A stretch of 64,000 bases of DNA, from positions 123,247 to 187,246 of the forward strand of contig JBKBRF010000007.1 in the NCBI GenBank assembly GCA_046292385.1. The letters are read 5' to 3'. This stretch comes from Armatimonadota bacterium. Its GTDB lineage: Bacteria > Armatimonadota > SYMT01. The position numbers and the translations under genes are program-made. Each line of letters starts with the position of its first letter. Within the stretch, counting starts at the first letter, position 1. Positions 1-9,434 of the stretch are shown piece by piece. Under the pieces are notes generated by a model. It saw only the letters and a list, made by a program, of their open reading frames with translations. It did no database searches and had not been told where the DNA came from.

Positions 1-94
1 GGAAGAGAATGGCGGCCAGTACCGCGATGATGGCGATGACGACGAGCAGCTCGATCAGCGTAAAGCCACTCGTGCGGGGTCTCCGGAAGCGCAT
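1..94 (-). CDS. Prepilin-type N-terminal cleavage/methylation domain protein (DUF1559-like), 5' part only
   Basis: Minus-strand translation MRFRRPRTSGFTLIELLVVIAIIAVLAAILF; GGAG RBS upstream; runs off the window. Confidence 0.9.
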   Translation of the reverse strand, partial: MRFRRPRTSGFTLIELLVVIAIIAVLAAILF

Positions 95-116
95 GGGGAT
101 CTCCGATGATCAGCCT

Positions 117-257
117 TCACATCCCTCGCAGCGGGACGTCGATTCCAGGTCGAGGCCCTACGTCTCGCGTCGCCGAGATTCTCCACATCACCCCGAACAC
201 GATGGCGACGAGAACGATCGCCGCGATAGCGGCGATCTTGACGGTTTGGTTGGACAT
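117..257 (-). CDS. Small single-pass membrane protein (46 aa)
   Basis: MSNQTVKIAAIAAIVLVAIVFGVMWRISATRDVGPRPGIDVPLRGM; hydrophobic helix; co-oriented directly upstream of the prepilin gene; below ORF-track cutoff. Confidence 0.6.
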   Translation of the reverse strand: MSNQTVKIAAIAAIVLVAIVFGVMWRISATRDVGPRPGIDVPLRGM

Positions 258-407
258 GCCTAAGGGGTCCGGGCAAAAGTATGGGAGGCTTGCATTATAG
301 CGGGGCAGGCGCGAAGCGGGGTTAAAAACTCGCTAATCGGCGAGCGTGCCCAGATCAGGAGGAAAGGCGCTGCCCTGGCTGCCCGCGAGGCAGGCGCACG
401 CGCGGGA

Positions 408-1535
408 TCAGGCGGCCTGGCGGCGGCGGACGCGGGCTTCGGCGCGCTGCATGATCGCCTCGCGGGAGACCACGCCCTCCAGCTTGCCGTCATGCATTAC
501 CAGCAGGCGGTTGGCGTCAGTCTCCACCATCTGGGTCAGCGCTTCCCACGCGTCCTGGTCGTCCCGCACCAGCCGCTCCTGGTCCGGCGCCTGGGCCAGG
601 TCGCCCACCCGGGTGGCGGCCCAGCGCTCCCGCTTCAGCTCCCGCACGTCGTCCGTGGAGATCACGCCCACCAGCGTGGCGCCGCGAAGCACCGGGTAGA
701 CGCTGTGGTCGTAGCGGAGCATGTACTGGTCGACGAACTCCGGGAGCGACATCTCCGCCTGCACCGCCGGCACGTCGTGCGCCATCACTTCCGCCACCGC
801 GACCCCGTCCAGCAGGTTGCGGAGCACGAACTGCTGGTAGGCGGAGTGCGCCGCGGTGTGGAGGAACCAGCCGACCAGCACCAGCCACAAGCCGCTCAGC
901 GTGCCCTGCCAGGCGACCATGTAGAGGCCGTACCAGATCAGCACCCAGGCGAAGAAGCGTCCCGCCAGGGAAGCCCAGCGAGTCGCCTTACGGAGGTCGC
1001 CGGTAAAGTGCCAGATCCCGGCGCGGAGCATGCGACCTCCGTCCAGGGGAAAGCCCGGCACCAGGTTGAACGCCGCCAGCGCCAGGTTCATCACGCCGAG
1101 GTAACCGAGCAGCAGCACCCAGGCGCGGTAGGCGATCTCGCGAGGCACGCTCCAGGCCATTCCGAGGCAGGCCAGCGCCAGCACGATGCTCACCAGCGGG
1201 CCCACGCCCGCGATGAAGACCTCCTGCCGCGGCGCCTCCGGCTCACCCTTGATCTGCGCCACGCCTCCGAACAGGAAGAGCGTGATACCCTGGACCTCGC
1301 TGCCGTACCGGCGCGCCATCAGCGCGTGTGCCAGCTCGTGCACCAGCACGCTGGCAAAGAGCAGCACGGAGCCGGCGGCGCCGAGCGCCCAGCTCACCGC
1401 GCCCCGGATGAGCGGCGGCTCCGAGAAGAGGCCGACGGCGAGGTTCCAGGTGACGATCAGGAAGATCGCGAACCACGACCAGTCCAGCCGGATCTCCACT
1501 CCCAGGATCCTGCCCAGCCGCAGCCCCGCTCCCAT
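408..1535 (-). CDS. Site-2 protease (M50) with CBS domains
   Basis: HELAH and NLVPGFPLDGG motifs, TM helices, C-terminal CBS pair; GAGGAG RBS. Confidence 0.93.
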   Translation of the reverse strand: MGAGLRLGRILGVEIRLDWSWFAIFLIVTWNLAVGLFSEPPLIRGAVSWALGAAGSVLLFASVLVHELAHALMARRYGSEVQGITLFLFGGVAQIKGEPEAPRQEVFIAGVGPLVSIVLALACLGMAWSVPREIAYRAWVLLLGYLGVMNLALAAFNLVPGFPLDGGRMLRAGIWHFTGDLRKATRWASLAGRFFAWVLIWYGLYMVAWQGTLSGLWLVLVGWFLHTAAHSAYQQFVLRNLLDGVAVAEVMAHDVPAVQAEMSLPEFVDQYMLRYDHSVYPVLRGATLVGVISTDDVRELKRERWAATRVGDLAQAPDQERLVRDDQDAWEALTQMVETDANRLLVMHDGKLEGVVSREAIMQRAEARVRRRQAA

Positions 1536-1762
1536 CGCCCTCAACTCCTCCCGCGCGTCCTACCCGGTGTTCGTGGGCCGCTTGCGCGGACCTCTCCGGA
1601 TCTTTACCCGGGCGCGGCGAGAGTTACGCTCCAGCGGCACAGAGTAGGCGCCGGGGCGGGTCGTTTGCGGGCGCGCAGGTTGCAAGTCGGCACCCCGGTC
1701 TCCCGCGGGCTCGAAACCTGCAACCTGCTCACCTGGCCACCGTGACTCGGCAGCGATACGGC

Positions 1763-2248
1763 CTAATAGCGGCCGCCGCGGCGATAGCGGTAATCGCGGC
1801 TCGGGTACCGGTCGTAGTTGGAGTACTGGCGGTCGTAATAGCCGCGGTCGTAGCGGCGGTAGTAGCGACCGCCGCGCGACCCGCCGTGCCGGCGCAGGTC
1901 TTCTTCCACGTCGTCCAGGTCGTCCATCCGCCGGTCGAACTCGCTCTCGGTGAGGTCGCGGTCGTTCCGGAGGAAGTCGTGGACGTCGTCCAGCTCGTCG
2001 TACAGGTCTTCCGCCTGGCGGCGGGTAATGGCGCGCTCGCGCTCCGCCAGACGGATGCGCTGGGCGAGCGCGTCCATGCGGCCGTAGAGGACGCTGCGGT
2101 GGCGGTCCCGGCGGTAGTAGCCGCCGCTGCGGTAGCGGCGGTCGCACTCGCGGCAATCACAATCCCGGCCGTGCGCGTGCGCGGCGGGGGCGGCGACCGC
2201 GGTGACGGCGCCGACCACCAGCGCCAGCAGGGCGTGTCGTCGGTTCAT
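1763..2248 (-). CDS. Secreted Arg/Tyr/Asp-rich hypothetical protein
   Basis: Signal peptide MNRRHALLALVVGAVTAVAAPAAHA, CxCxxC, helical core; AGGAG RBS. Confidence 0.75.
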   Translation of the reverse strand: MNRRHALLALVVGAVTAVAAPAAHAHGRDCDCRECDRRYRSGGYYRRDRHRSVLYGRMDALAQRIRLAERERAITRRQAEDLYDELDDVHDFLRNDRDLTESEFDRRMDDLDDVEEDLRRHGGSRGGRYYRRYDRGYYDRQYSNYDRYPSRDYRYRRGGRY

Positions 2249-2430
2249 GAATAGACTCCTGGTTGGGATGAGGGATCGGACCCAAGAGGAGCAGCTCGCA
2301 AGCAGCCGGGCGCCCGCCCGGACTTTCAGCGATTCTCCCCCGAGCCCATTGCGGACAGGACCCAACTCGGCGACCCCCGGTTCCCCCGATTGACGGATAG
2401 AGCGTCCGGAGCTGAGTGGGGGAGGCCGAG

Positions 2431-2510
2431 GGATGAAGGATGAGGGATGAGGGATGAAGCCGGGCCCGCCGTGCGCGGAGGGTCCTGCTCCTGCTCTTGC
2501 TCCTGCTCAC
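2431..2510. repeat. Short-period repeat element: (GGATGAG/A)n run followed by (CTCCTG)n run
   Basis: ggatgaa ggatgag ggatgag ggatgaa ... tcctgc tcctgc tcttgc tcctgc; same layout at 47612-47696. Confidence 0.7.
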
Positions 2511-2813
2511 TGGCGACCGGGGTGTTCCCGGCACGTCCCCGAGAGCTCGCTCCAGGCGCGCTGATTGGGATGAAGGCGGGCCTTCCGGAACTGCGTGGGA
2601 GAGTGGGAGAGCGCTGTTGGCGGTTTCAGGTTGGCAGGTTCCAGGTTTGCACCCAAGTGGGTGGATCGGGGGCCAGAGAGCCGGTCCGCCGCCGGAGCCC
2701 ACTCGCCCACCCGGCGCGGGAAAGTGGTAAAACGCCGCAGGGCGGGCGTGACGGGCCGGGCCTGCCGGGAACTACCCCATGCGTGCAGAGAAGAGAGCTT
2801 GAAAGGGAGCGGG

Positions 2814-3269
2814 ATGGAGGAGGAAACGCGCGAGGGAGTCGAGCTGCCGGGGCTGGGGTTCGATTTCCTGGACCGGGTCTACCGGACCTCGCTGATCGTG
2901 ATGCTCTTCGGGGCGATGCTGCTCTGGAGCCGGTCCGGTCCTTCCGCGGCGCTGGGCTTCAACCTGGGCGCGGGGTTCAGCCTGGTCATGATCAAGATGT
3001 GGGAATGGGCGATCCGGCGGTTCATCACGCCGGAGCGCCGCTCCAAGGGGGCAGTGGCGCTGGTGATGCTGCTCAAGGTCCCGGTGGTGGCCCTGGTGCT
3101 CTGGCTCGCCTACACCGGCGCGCAGCAGGGGTGGATCTCGCTGGTCTGGGTGATCGCCGGCTTCGCGGTCCCGCACGTGGTGCTGGTGCTCAAGCTGGTC
3201 GGCCGCAAGCTGAACGACCTGGTGGGCGCGGACGAGGCGCTCCGCCCGCCGACCCGGAGGTCCAAATAG
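2814..3269 (+). CDS. ATP synthase subunit I-like 4-TM membrane protein
   Basis: Four TM helices, GxxxGxxxS pattern, LLKVPVV; resembles AtpI, but no atp operon in the window. Confidence 0.55.
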   Translation: MEEETREGVELPGLGFDFLDRVYRTSLIVMLFGAMLLWSRSGPSAALGFNLGAGFSLVMIKMWEWAIRRFITPERRSKGAVALVMLLKVPVVALVLWLAYTGAQQGWISLVWVIAGFAVPHVVLVLKLVGRKLNDLVGADEALRPPTRRSK

Positions 3270-3415
3270 CCGGGAGCCGATCTGAACCAGCCTGACTGGC
3301 TCCCGCGGGTCTGGCCGGCTTCGCTTCCGTGGACGCGGCTCCATGCGTCCAGGGTCACGAAGCCGGCCGTAACTCCGATCCACTCCTGTACCCACCGCCA
3401 CGCTGTTTGGCGGCG

Positions 3416-4039
3416 CTACCCCCTCACGCTGAGCCAGGGCCGGATGTCGACCGCCTGCATGCCCGCCCGGTGCGCGGCTTCCAGGCCGAGGTTGCTGTCT
3501 TCGAAGACGACACACTCCGTCGCCGGCACGCCGATCCGCTCGGCGGCGAGGAGGAAGAGGTCCGGCTCCGGCTTGCCGCGCTCCACGTCTTCCGCCGTGC
3601 AGACGGCGTCGAACAGCGGGGCGATCTTCAGCGCCTCCAGCGTCTGGTCCACCAGCCGCCGCAGGCCGCCGGAGGCGACCGCCATCGGGTGGCGGCCGTG
3701 GTACTCTCGCACCAGCTCCACCACCCGCTCTACGGGCGTCAGTTCCGGAAGCAGCTCCTCGTAGCGGTTCTCCTTACGGTGCGCGATCTCCGCGGGATCG
3801 AGCGAGTAACCGAACCGCCGGTTCAGAATCGGGACGATATCAATGGTGGGAACTCCGCCCAGGTCGTAGAAGAGCTGCTCCGGCATGTGCGCGTCGAAGG
3901 CGGCCAGGGTCTCGCTCCACGCACGGAAGTGGAGCGGCATCGTGTCGGCCAGCGTGCCGTCGCAGTCGAAGATGGCGCCGCGGAAGGCGCGGGTCACGGC
4001 GCTGAGCGGGTCCGCGATTGTCGTGTCAGAAGGTGCCAT
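3416..4039 (-). CDS. HAD-family phosphatase (beta-PGM/YqaB-like)
   Basis: FDCDGTLADTMPLH, GKPEPD and FEDS motifs. Confidence 0.92.
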   Translation of the reverse strand: MAPSDTTIADPLSAVTRAFRGAIFDCDGTLADTMPLHFRAWSETLAAFDAHMPEQLFYDLGGVPTIDIVPILNRRFGYSLDPAEIAHRKENRYEELLPELTPVERVVELVREYHGRHPMAVASGGLRRLVDQTLEALKIAPLFDAVCTAEDVERGKPEPDLFLLAAERIGVPATECVVFEDSNLGLEAAHRAGMQAVDIRPWLSVRG

Positions 4040-4201
4040 TGGGGTCTCTGCAGTCCGTCCGGGGCGCGTGCCCCGTGTATTATAGGTCGGACCTTCCGGA
4101 AACCCTCGGTCTCCCCGTGTTTGAGTGCTCGCTCGCCGAGGGAAGAGTGGACCGGTTGGGTAACTCGGGAAAAACTAGCGAACGCGTGATCAAACTTCTC
4201 G

Positions 4202-4230
4202 TTGACTCCCGGCAAGCAGGCGGCTATACT
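4202..4230 (+). promoter_or_regulatory. Sigma70-type promoter
   Basis: TTGACT-17 nt-TATACT upstream of the small ORF at 4296. Confidence 0.75.
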
Positions 4231-4295
4231 GCAAACAGACGTTCGCAGTCAAGACGCTGGCCTTGGATCGTGATCAGACGGAAGCGAGGACTCAG

Positions 4296-4475
4296 ATGGC
4301 GACTCTGAAGCTTTTTCGAAAGGTTCGGGAGACGTTGGTGACCTGGGGCTGGGTGCCCCGCCGCAGCTTCGGGATGCGGCGCCACCCCGCCGGCGTGGTC
4401 CGCAGCCGGCTCGCCCGCCGCGGCAGCTCGCGCCGCTTCCGTCACGTTCCGCTCAAGCGGCTGCTGCGTTTGTAA
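4296..4475 (+). CDS. Small highly basic hypothetical protein (59 aa)
   Basis: GAGGA RBS, near-consensus promoter, MATLKLFRKVRETLVTWGWVPRRSFGMRR... Confidence 0.6.
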   Translation: MATLKLFRKVRETLVTWGWVPRRSFGMRRHPAGVVRSRLARRGSSRRFRHVPLKRLLRL

Positions 4476-4624
4476 GCGGCAGCGCCACTTTAGAGATTCT
4501 CTGGGCCGGAGACCGCAGCGCGCGCTGCGGTCTCCGGCCCGGTTTGCATGTGCGGGAGGATAGGGAGCCGGCTTCGCTCGGGTAGAACAGGAGAGCGCGG
4601 CAGGCAGAGGAGACGGACGAGAGC

Positions 4625-7600
4625 ATGGCGGCGGGTGAGTTGGCGGGTCGGCTGCGGGACCGGATTCCCGAGATCCTCCGCCGATGGCGGGCAACGGCGC
4701 CGACAGAGGCCGGGGAAGACGCCGCGACGGACGCGCAGGAGGGCTATTTCCACGCGTTCCTGCTGCGCCTGGCCCAGGCCCTGGAGACCTCCGGCGCCTC
4801 CCCGGCCGCCGGAGCCCCGCCGGAAGTCTTCGCCCTCCCGGAGCTGGTGCGGGAGCTGCGGCGGCTGCGCGAGCTTGTCCTGGAAGCGCTGGAGCGGGAC
4901 GGCGCGCTGGAGCCGGAGGCGCGGACGCGGCTGCTGACGCGGTTCGCGGAGCAGGGCGACCTCTCCCTCACTTCGGCGGCGGAGCGCCTGGTGCGGGAGC
5001 AGGCGGCGGCGCGGGAGCGGCAGGAGGAGCACCACCGGCTGCTGCTCGACGCGGCGCGGGACTTCGCTTTCATGACGATGGATCCCGACGGGAAGGTCCT
5101 GACCTGGAGCTCCGGCGCGGAGCAGATCACCGGCTACTCCGCCGCGGAGATCCTCGGCGAGAGCGCGGACCGGCTTTTCACCCGGGAGGACCGCGCCCAG
5201 GGCGCGCCGGAGGAAGAGCGGCGGACGGCCCTCGTCACCGGGCGCGCGGAAGACGAGCGGTGGCACCTCCGGAAAGATGGGCGGCGTTTCTACGCGTCCG
5301 GCGTCATGCGCCCGCTGCCGCCCGCGAACGGCGCGCCCGCCGGGTTCGTGAAGGTGCTGCGGGACGCGACCGACCGCAAGCTGGGGGAGCTGCGTCAGCG
5401 TGCCCGCTTCGAGCTCGGCAGCGTGCTGGCGGAGGCCCAGGGCCTGGCCGACGCGGCCCCGCGGGTGCTCGGGATCCTCGGCGGCTCCACCGGCTGGAGC
5501 TTCGGCGCGCTCTGGGCGCTGGAGGAGAGCGCCGACGCGCTCCGCTGCGTCAGCACCTGGCGCGCTCCCGGCGTGAGCTGTCCGGAGTTCGAGGCCCGCA
5601 CGCGCGGGGCGCGGTTCCGCGCCGGAGAAGGGCTGCCCGGCACCGTGTGGCTCTCCAACCAGCCGGTCTGGATCGCCGAGGTGGAGCAGTCCGCGAACTT
5701 TCCGCGCCTCCTGGTAGCCGTCCGGGAAGGGCTGCAGACCGGCTTCGCCATGCCGATCGTCGCCGGCCGGCAGCTCGTCGGCGTGGTGGAGTTCTTCTCT
5801 CGCGACGTGCGCCCGGCGGAGCCGGAGCTGGTCCGCGCGTTCGAGCAGTTCGTCGGCCAGCTGGGTCAGTTCCTGGAGCACCAGCGGGCTCGCGCCTCCC
5901 TGGCGCGCTCCGAGGCGCGGAAGTCGGCGATGCTGGAGGCGGCGCTCGACGCGATCATCACGATCGACCGCGAGGATCGAGTCCTGGAGTTCAACCCGGC
6001 CGCGGAGGCGATGTTCGGGTACACGCGAGAGGAAGCGCTGGGCCAGCTGCTCGCGGAGCTGATCGTGCCCCCGTCGCTCCGGGCCGCTCACCTGGCCGGC
6101 ATGGAGCGGTACCTGACGAACGGCGAGGCGCGCGTGCTGGGGAGGCGGATCGAGCTGCCGGCCCTTCGCCGGGACGGGAGTGTCTTTCCGGTGGAGCTCA
6201 CCATCACCCGCATTCCCGCGCCGGAGGGCGATCCGCTCTTTACCGCGTACCTGCGAGACATCAGCGAGCGTAAGCGGATGGAAGGGGCGCTGCGGGACCA
6301 GCTCGACTTCACCCGCGCGGTGATGACGAGCCTGGGGGAGGGGGTCTACGCGCTCGACCACGGCGGCAGGATCAGCTTCGCCAACCCGGCGGCGGAGCGG
6401 CTGCTCGGCTGGACGCAGGAAGAGCTGCTCGGCCGCAGCCTCCACACACTCGTGCACGGAGAGGTGAGCGAAGCGGAATGCGCCCTGCTCGAGGCGCTTC
6501 GCTCCGGCGGCCGCATCACCCAGCACGAGGACCACTTTGTCCGGAAGGACGGCACCGCGATCCCGGTGGTCTGTTCGTTCGCGCCGCTCCTGGCGGGAGA
6601 GGAGATCGCCGGGGCGGTGCTCACCTTCCAGGACATCTCCGCCCGGAAACACGCGGAAGAGCTGCTCTGGGAGCAGGCGTCCCTCGGACGCCTCGGCACG
6701 GCGGTGAGCGAGGCGCTGACCGGCAGCGGCGAGCTGGAAGAGGTGCTCCAGCGGTGCTGCGAGGCGCTGGTGGAGCACCTCGGCGCCAGCGTGGCCCGCG
6801 TCTGGCGCCTGGACGAGGCGGGCGCCGGCTTGGAGCAGAGTGCCTCCGCGGGGCTGGAGAGCGGCCCCTATCAGGCCGTGGGGCGGGCGCCGCTGGAGGG
6901 GAGCCGGATCGGCTGGATCGCCCGGGAGGGGCTTCCGCATCTCACCAACGACGCGCCGAACGATCCTCAGATCGGGGAGCGGGAGTGGGTGCGGCGAGAG
7001 GGACTCACCGCCTTCGCGGGGTATCCGCTGATTGTGGAAGAGCGGGTGATCGGGGTCGTCGCGCTCTTCGCCCGCCGCCCGCTCTCGGACCAGGTCCTCC
7101 GCGCGCTCGCCTCCGTGGCGGAGGGGGTCGCCCAGTTCATCGATCGCAAGCGCCTGGAAGAATACCTCCTGCTGCGGACCGACCAGCTTCTGGAGGCGGA
7201 CCGCCGCAAGAACGAGTTCCTCGCCACGCTGGCGCACGAGCTCCGCAACCCGCTGGCGCCGATCCGGAGCGCCGTGGAGCTGATGCGGCTGCGCGGCGAG
7301 AGCGACCCGATGCTGAGACGCGCCCGGGAGACGGTGGAGCGGCAGGTCCAGCAGATGAGCCGCCTGGTGGAAGACCTGCTCGACGTCGCCCGGATCACCC
7401 GCGGCACGATCGAGCTGCGCCGGGAGCGGGCCTCGCTGACGGAGGTCGCGCGGCACGCTGCCCAGACCGCGCGCCCCTTCCTGGAGCAGCGGCGACACCA
7501 GTTCGTCCTCGACCTTCCGGACGAGCCGCTCGAGTTGGAGGGCGACCCGACGCGGCTGGAGCAGGTGGTGGTGAACCTGCTCACCAACGCCGCCAAGTTT

Positions 7601-8353
7601 ACGCCGCCGGAGGGGCGCGTGGAGCTGCGGCTCCGGCACGAAGGGGAATGCGCGGTGCTCCGCGTCCGGGACACCGGGAAGGGGATCCCCGCGGAGATGC
7701 TTCCCCAGATCTTCGAGCTGTTCACCCAGGTGAATCCCACCATCGACCGGGCGGAGGGCGGGCTCGGTCTCGGGCTCACCCTGGTGCGCAACCTGGTGCG
7801 GATGCACGGCGGCACCGTCGAGGCGCGCAGCGAGGGGCGGGGGCGAGGCAGCGAGTTTGTCGTCCGGCTGCCGCTCCTTCCGCCGGGGTACGAGGGGGTG
7901 CCCGCCCCGGCGGCGGGTGTGGCTCCGGGAGCGCCGCGCCCGGTGACCGGCACCCGCGTGCTGGTGGTCGACGACAACCGCGACGCCTCCGAGACGCTGG
8001 GTGATCTGCTCTCGCTGTGGGGGTATGAAGTGGAGACGGCCTACTCCGGCCCGGAAGCGCTGGAGATTGCCCGCGTCTTCCGCCCGGACGCCGTGCTGCT
8101 CGACATCGGCCTGCCGGGGATGGACGGCTACGAGGTGGCGCGGCGCCTGCGCGGCGATCCGGAGCTCGCGTCGGCCTGCCTGCTGGCGATGACCGGCTAC
8201 GGGCAGGAAGAGGCGCGCCGGCGCTCCCACGAGGCCGGCTTCGACCAGCATCTGGTGAAACCGGTCGATCCGGAGCTGCTGCGGAAGCTGCTGGCGCCGG
8301 TGGGCGAGCCGGGGACCGGTGACGCGCGATCATCCCAGGGAGGCACCGAATGA
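4625..8353 (+). CDS. Hybrid sensor histidine kinase/response regulator (PAS, GAF, HisKA, HATPase, REC)
   Basis: EFLATLAHELRNPL H-box, NLLTNAAKFT, GGLGLGL, C-terminal VLVVDDN...LLDIGLPGMDG. Confidence 0.95.
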   Translation: MAAGELAGRLRDRIPEILRRWRATAPTEAGEDAATDAQEGYFHAFLLRLAQALETSGASPAAGAPPEVFALPELVRELRRLRELVLEALERDGALEPEARTRLLTRFAEQGDLSLTSAAERLVREQAAARERQEEHHRLLLDAARDFAFMTMDPDGKVLTWSSGAEQITGYSAAEILGESADRLFTREDRAQGAPEEERRTALVTGRAEDERWHLRKDGRRFYASGVMRPLPPANGAPAGFVKVLRDATDRKLGELRQRARFELGSVLAEAQGLADAAPRVLGILGGSTGWSFGALWALEESADALRCVSTWRAPGVSCPEFEARTRGARFRAGEGLPGTVWLSNQPVWIAEVEQSANFPRLLVAVREGLQTGFAMPIVAGRQLVGVVEFFSRDVRPAEPELVRAFEQFVGQLGQFLEHQRARASLARSEARKSAMLEAALDAIITIDREDRVLEFNPAAEAMFGYTREEALGQLLAELIVPPSLRAAHLAGMERYLTNGEARVLGRRIELPALRRDGSVFPVELTITRIPAPEGDPLFTAYLRDISERKRMEGALRDQLDFTRAVMTSLGEGVYALDHGGRISFANPAAERLLGWTQEELLGRSLHTLVHGEVSEAECALLEALRSGGRITQHEDHFVRKDGTAIPVVCSFAPLLAGEEIAGAVLTFQDISARKHAEELLWEQASLGRLGTAVSEALTGSGELEEVLQRCCEALVEHLGASVARVWRLDEAGAGLEQSASAGLESGPYQAVGRAPLEGSRIGWIAREGLPHLTNDAPNDPQIGEREWVRREGLTAFAGYPLIVEERVIGVVALFARRPLSDQVLRALASVAEGVAQFIDRKRLEEYLLLRTDQLLEADRRKNEFLATLAHELRNPLAPIRSAVELMRLRGESDPMLRRARETVERQVQQMSRLVEDLLDVARITRGTIELRRERASLTEVARHAAQTARPFLEQRRHQFVLDLPDEPLELEGDPTRLEQVVVNLLTNAAKFTPPEGRVELRLRHEGECAVLRVRDTGKGIPAEMLPQIFELFTQVNPTIDRAEGGLGLGLTLVRNLVRMHGGTVEARSEGRGRGSEFVVRLPLLPPGYEGVPAPAAGVAPGAPRPVTGTRVLVVDDNRDASETLGDLLSLWGYEVETAYSGPEALEIARVFRPDAVLLDIGLPGMDGYEVARRLRGDPELASACLLAMTGYGQEEARRRSHEAGFDQHLVKPVDPELLRKLLAPVGEPGTGDARSSQGGTE

Positions 8354-8400
8354 GCGCAGTAGAGCCCCGGCTCCGGCCGGCCGCGCCGGGAGCCTGATTC

Positions 8401-9378
8401 ATGGACAGCGGCCTCTTCCCGGTGCTGGATCCGTTCCAGGCGCGGCTTCGGGCGGAGGGGCTGTCGCTGCGGCGCGGGGCACTGCGGGTGCTGCAGGTGA
8501 ACGTCGGCAAGCTCTGCAACCAGGTCTGCCGGCACTGCCACGTCGACGCCGGCCCGCACCGCACGGAGCAGATGACGGCCGAGACCGCGGAGGAGGTGCT
8601 CGCCGCGGCGGAGCGGCTGCGTCCGGAGACGGTCGACCTCACCGGCGGCGCTCCGGAGCTGAACCCCCACTTCGAACGGCTCGTCACCGGCGCCCGCCGC
8701 CTCGGCTGCCGGGTGATCGACCGCTGCAACCTCACCGTGCTGCTGCTTCCCGGGAAAGAGCGGCTCGCCGGCTTCCTGGCGGAGCAGCGCGTGGAGGTGG
8801 TCGCCTCGCTCCCCTGCTACCTCGGGGAGAATGTCGACGCCCAGCGCGGCCGCGGCGTCTTCGAGCAGAGCCTGGAGGCGCTCCGCAGGCTGAACGCACT
8901 CGGCTACGGCGACGCGAGCAGCGGGTTGGAGCTGTGCCTGGTCTACAACCCGCTCGGCCCGCAGCTTCCCCCGCCCCAGGCGGAGCTGGAGACCGCCTAC
9001 CGGGAGGAGCTCCGCGCGCGCTACGGTCTCCGCTTCACCCGCCTCTACGCCCTCACCAACATGCCGATCCACCGCTTCGCGCAGTCGCTCCACAAGCAGG
9101 GCCGGTACCAGGAGTACCTGTCGCTCCTCGCCGGCGCCTTCAATCCGGCCGCCGTGGAGGGGCTGATGTGCCGGGACACCTTGAGCATCGGGTGGGACGG
9201 CGCGGTCTACGACTGCGACTTCAACCAGATGCTGGAGCTCCCGGCCGGCGCCCCCGCGCGCCACGTCCGCGACCTGCAACCCGGCCTGCTCCCCGGCGCC
9301 CCGATCGCCACCGCGGAGCACTGCTTCGGCTGCACTGCCGGCGCCGGCAGCAGCTGCGGCGGCGCCGTGGCAGGCTGA
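8401..9378 (+). CDS. arsS: Radical SAM/Cys-rich protein, arsenosugar biosynthesis ArsS family (DUF3641 C-terminus)
   Basis: LQVNVGKLCNQVCRHCHVDAGP (CxxxCxxC), YDCDFNQML, HCFGCTAGAGSSCGG. Confidence 0.85.
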   Translation: MDSGLFPVLDPFQARLRAEGLSLRRGALRVLQVNVGKLCNQVCRHCHVDAGPHRTEQMTAETAEEVLAAAERLRPETVDLTGGAPELNPHFERLVTGARRLGCRVIDRCNLTVLLLPGKERLAGFLAEQRVEVVASLPCYLGENVDAQRGRGVFEQSLEALRRLNALGYGDASSGLELCLVYNPLGPQLPPPQAELETAYREELRARYGLRFTRLYALTNMPIHRFAQSLHKQGRYQEYLSLLAGAFNPAAVEGLMCRDTLSIGWDGAVYDCDFNQMLELPAGAPARHVRDLQPGLLPGAPIATAEHCFGCTAGAGSSCGGAVAG

Positions 9379-9434
9379 ATGCGGCTATCTTCCCGCAAAC
9401 CTCTGCGTCTATCGCTCGGGAGAGCTGGAGGACG

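Noticed and set aside
4490..8251. 1253-aa minus-strand ORF and other long antisense ORFs (e.g. 14250-16715, 25179-27731, 47897-50818, 50984-53683)
   Set aside because: Shadow frames of clearly recognisable genes in high-GC DNA; no motifs
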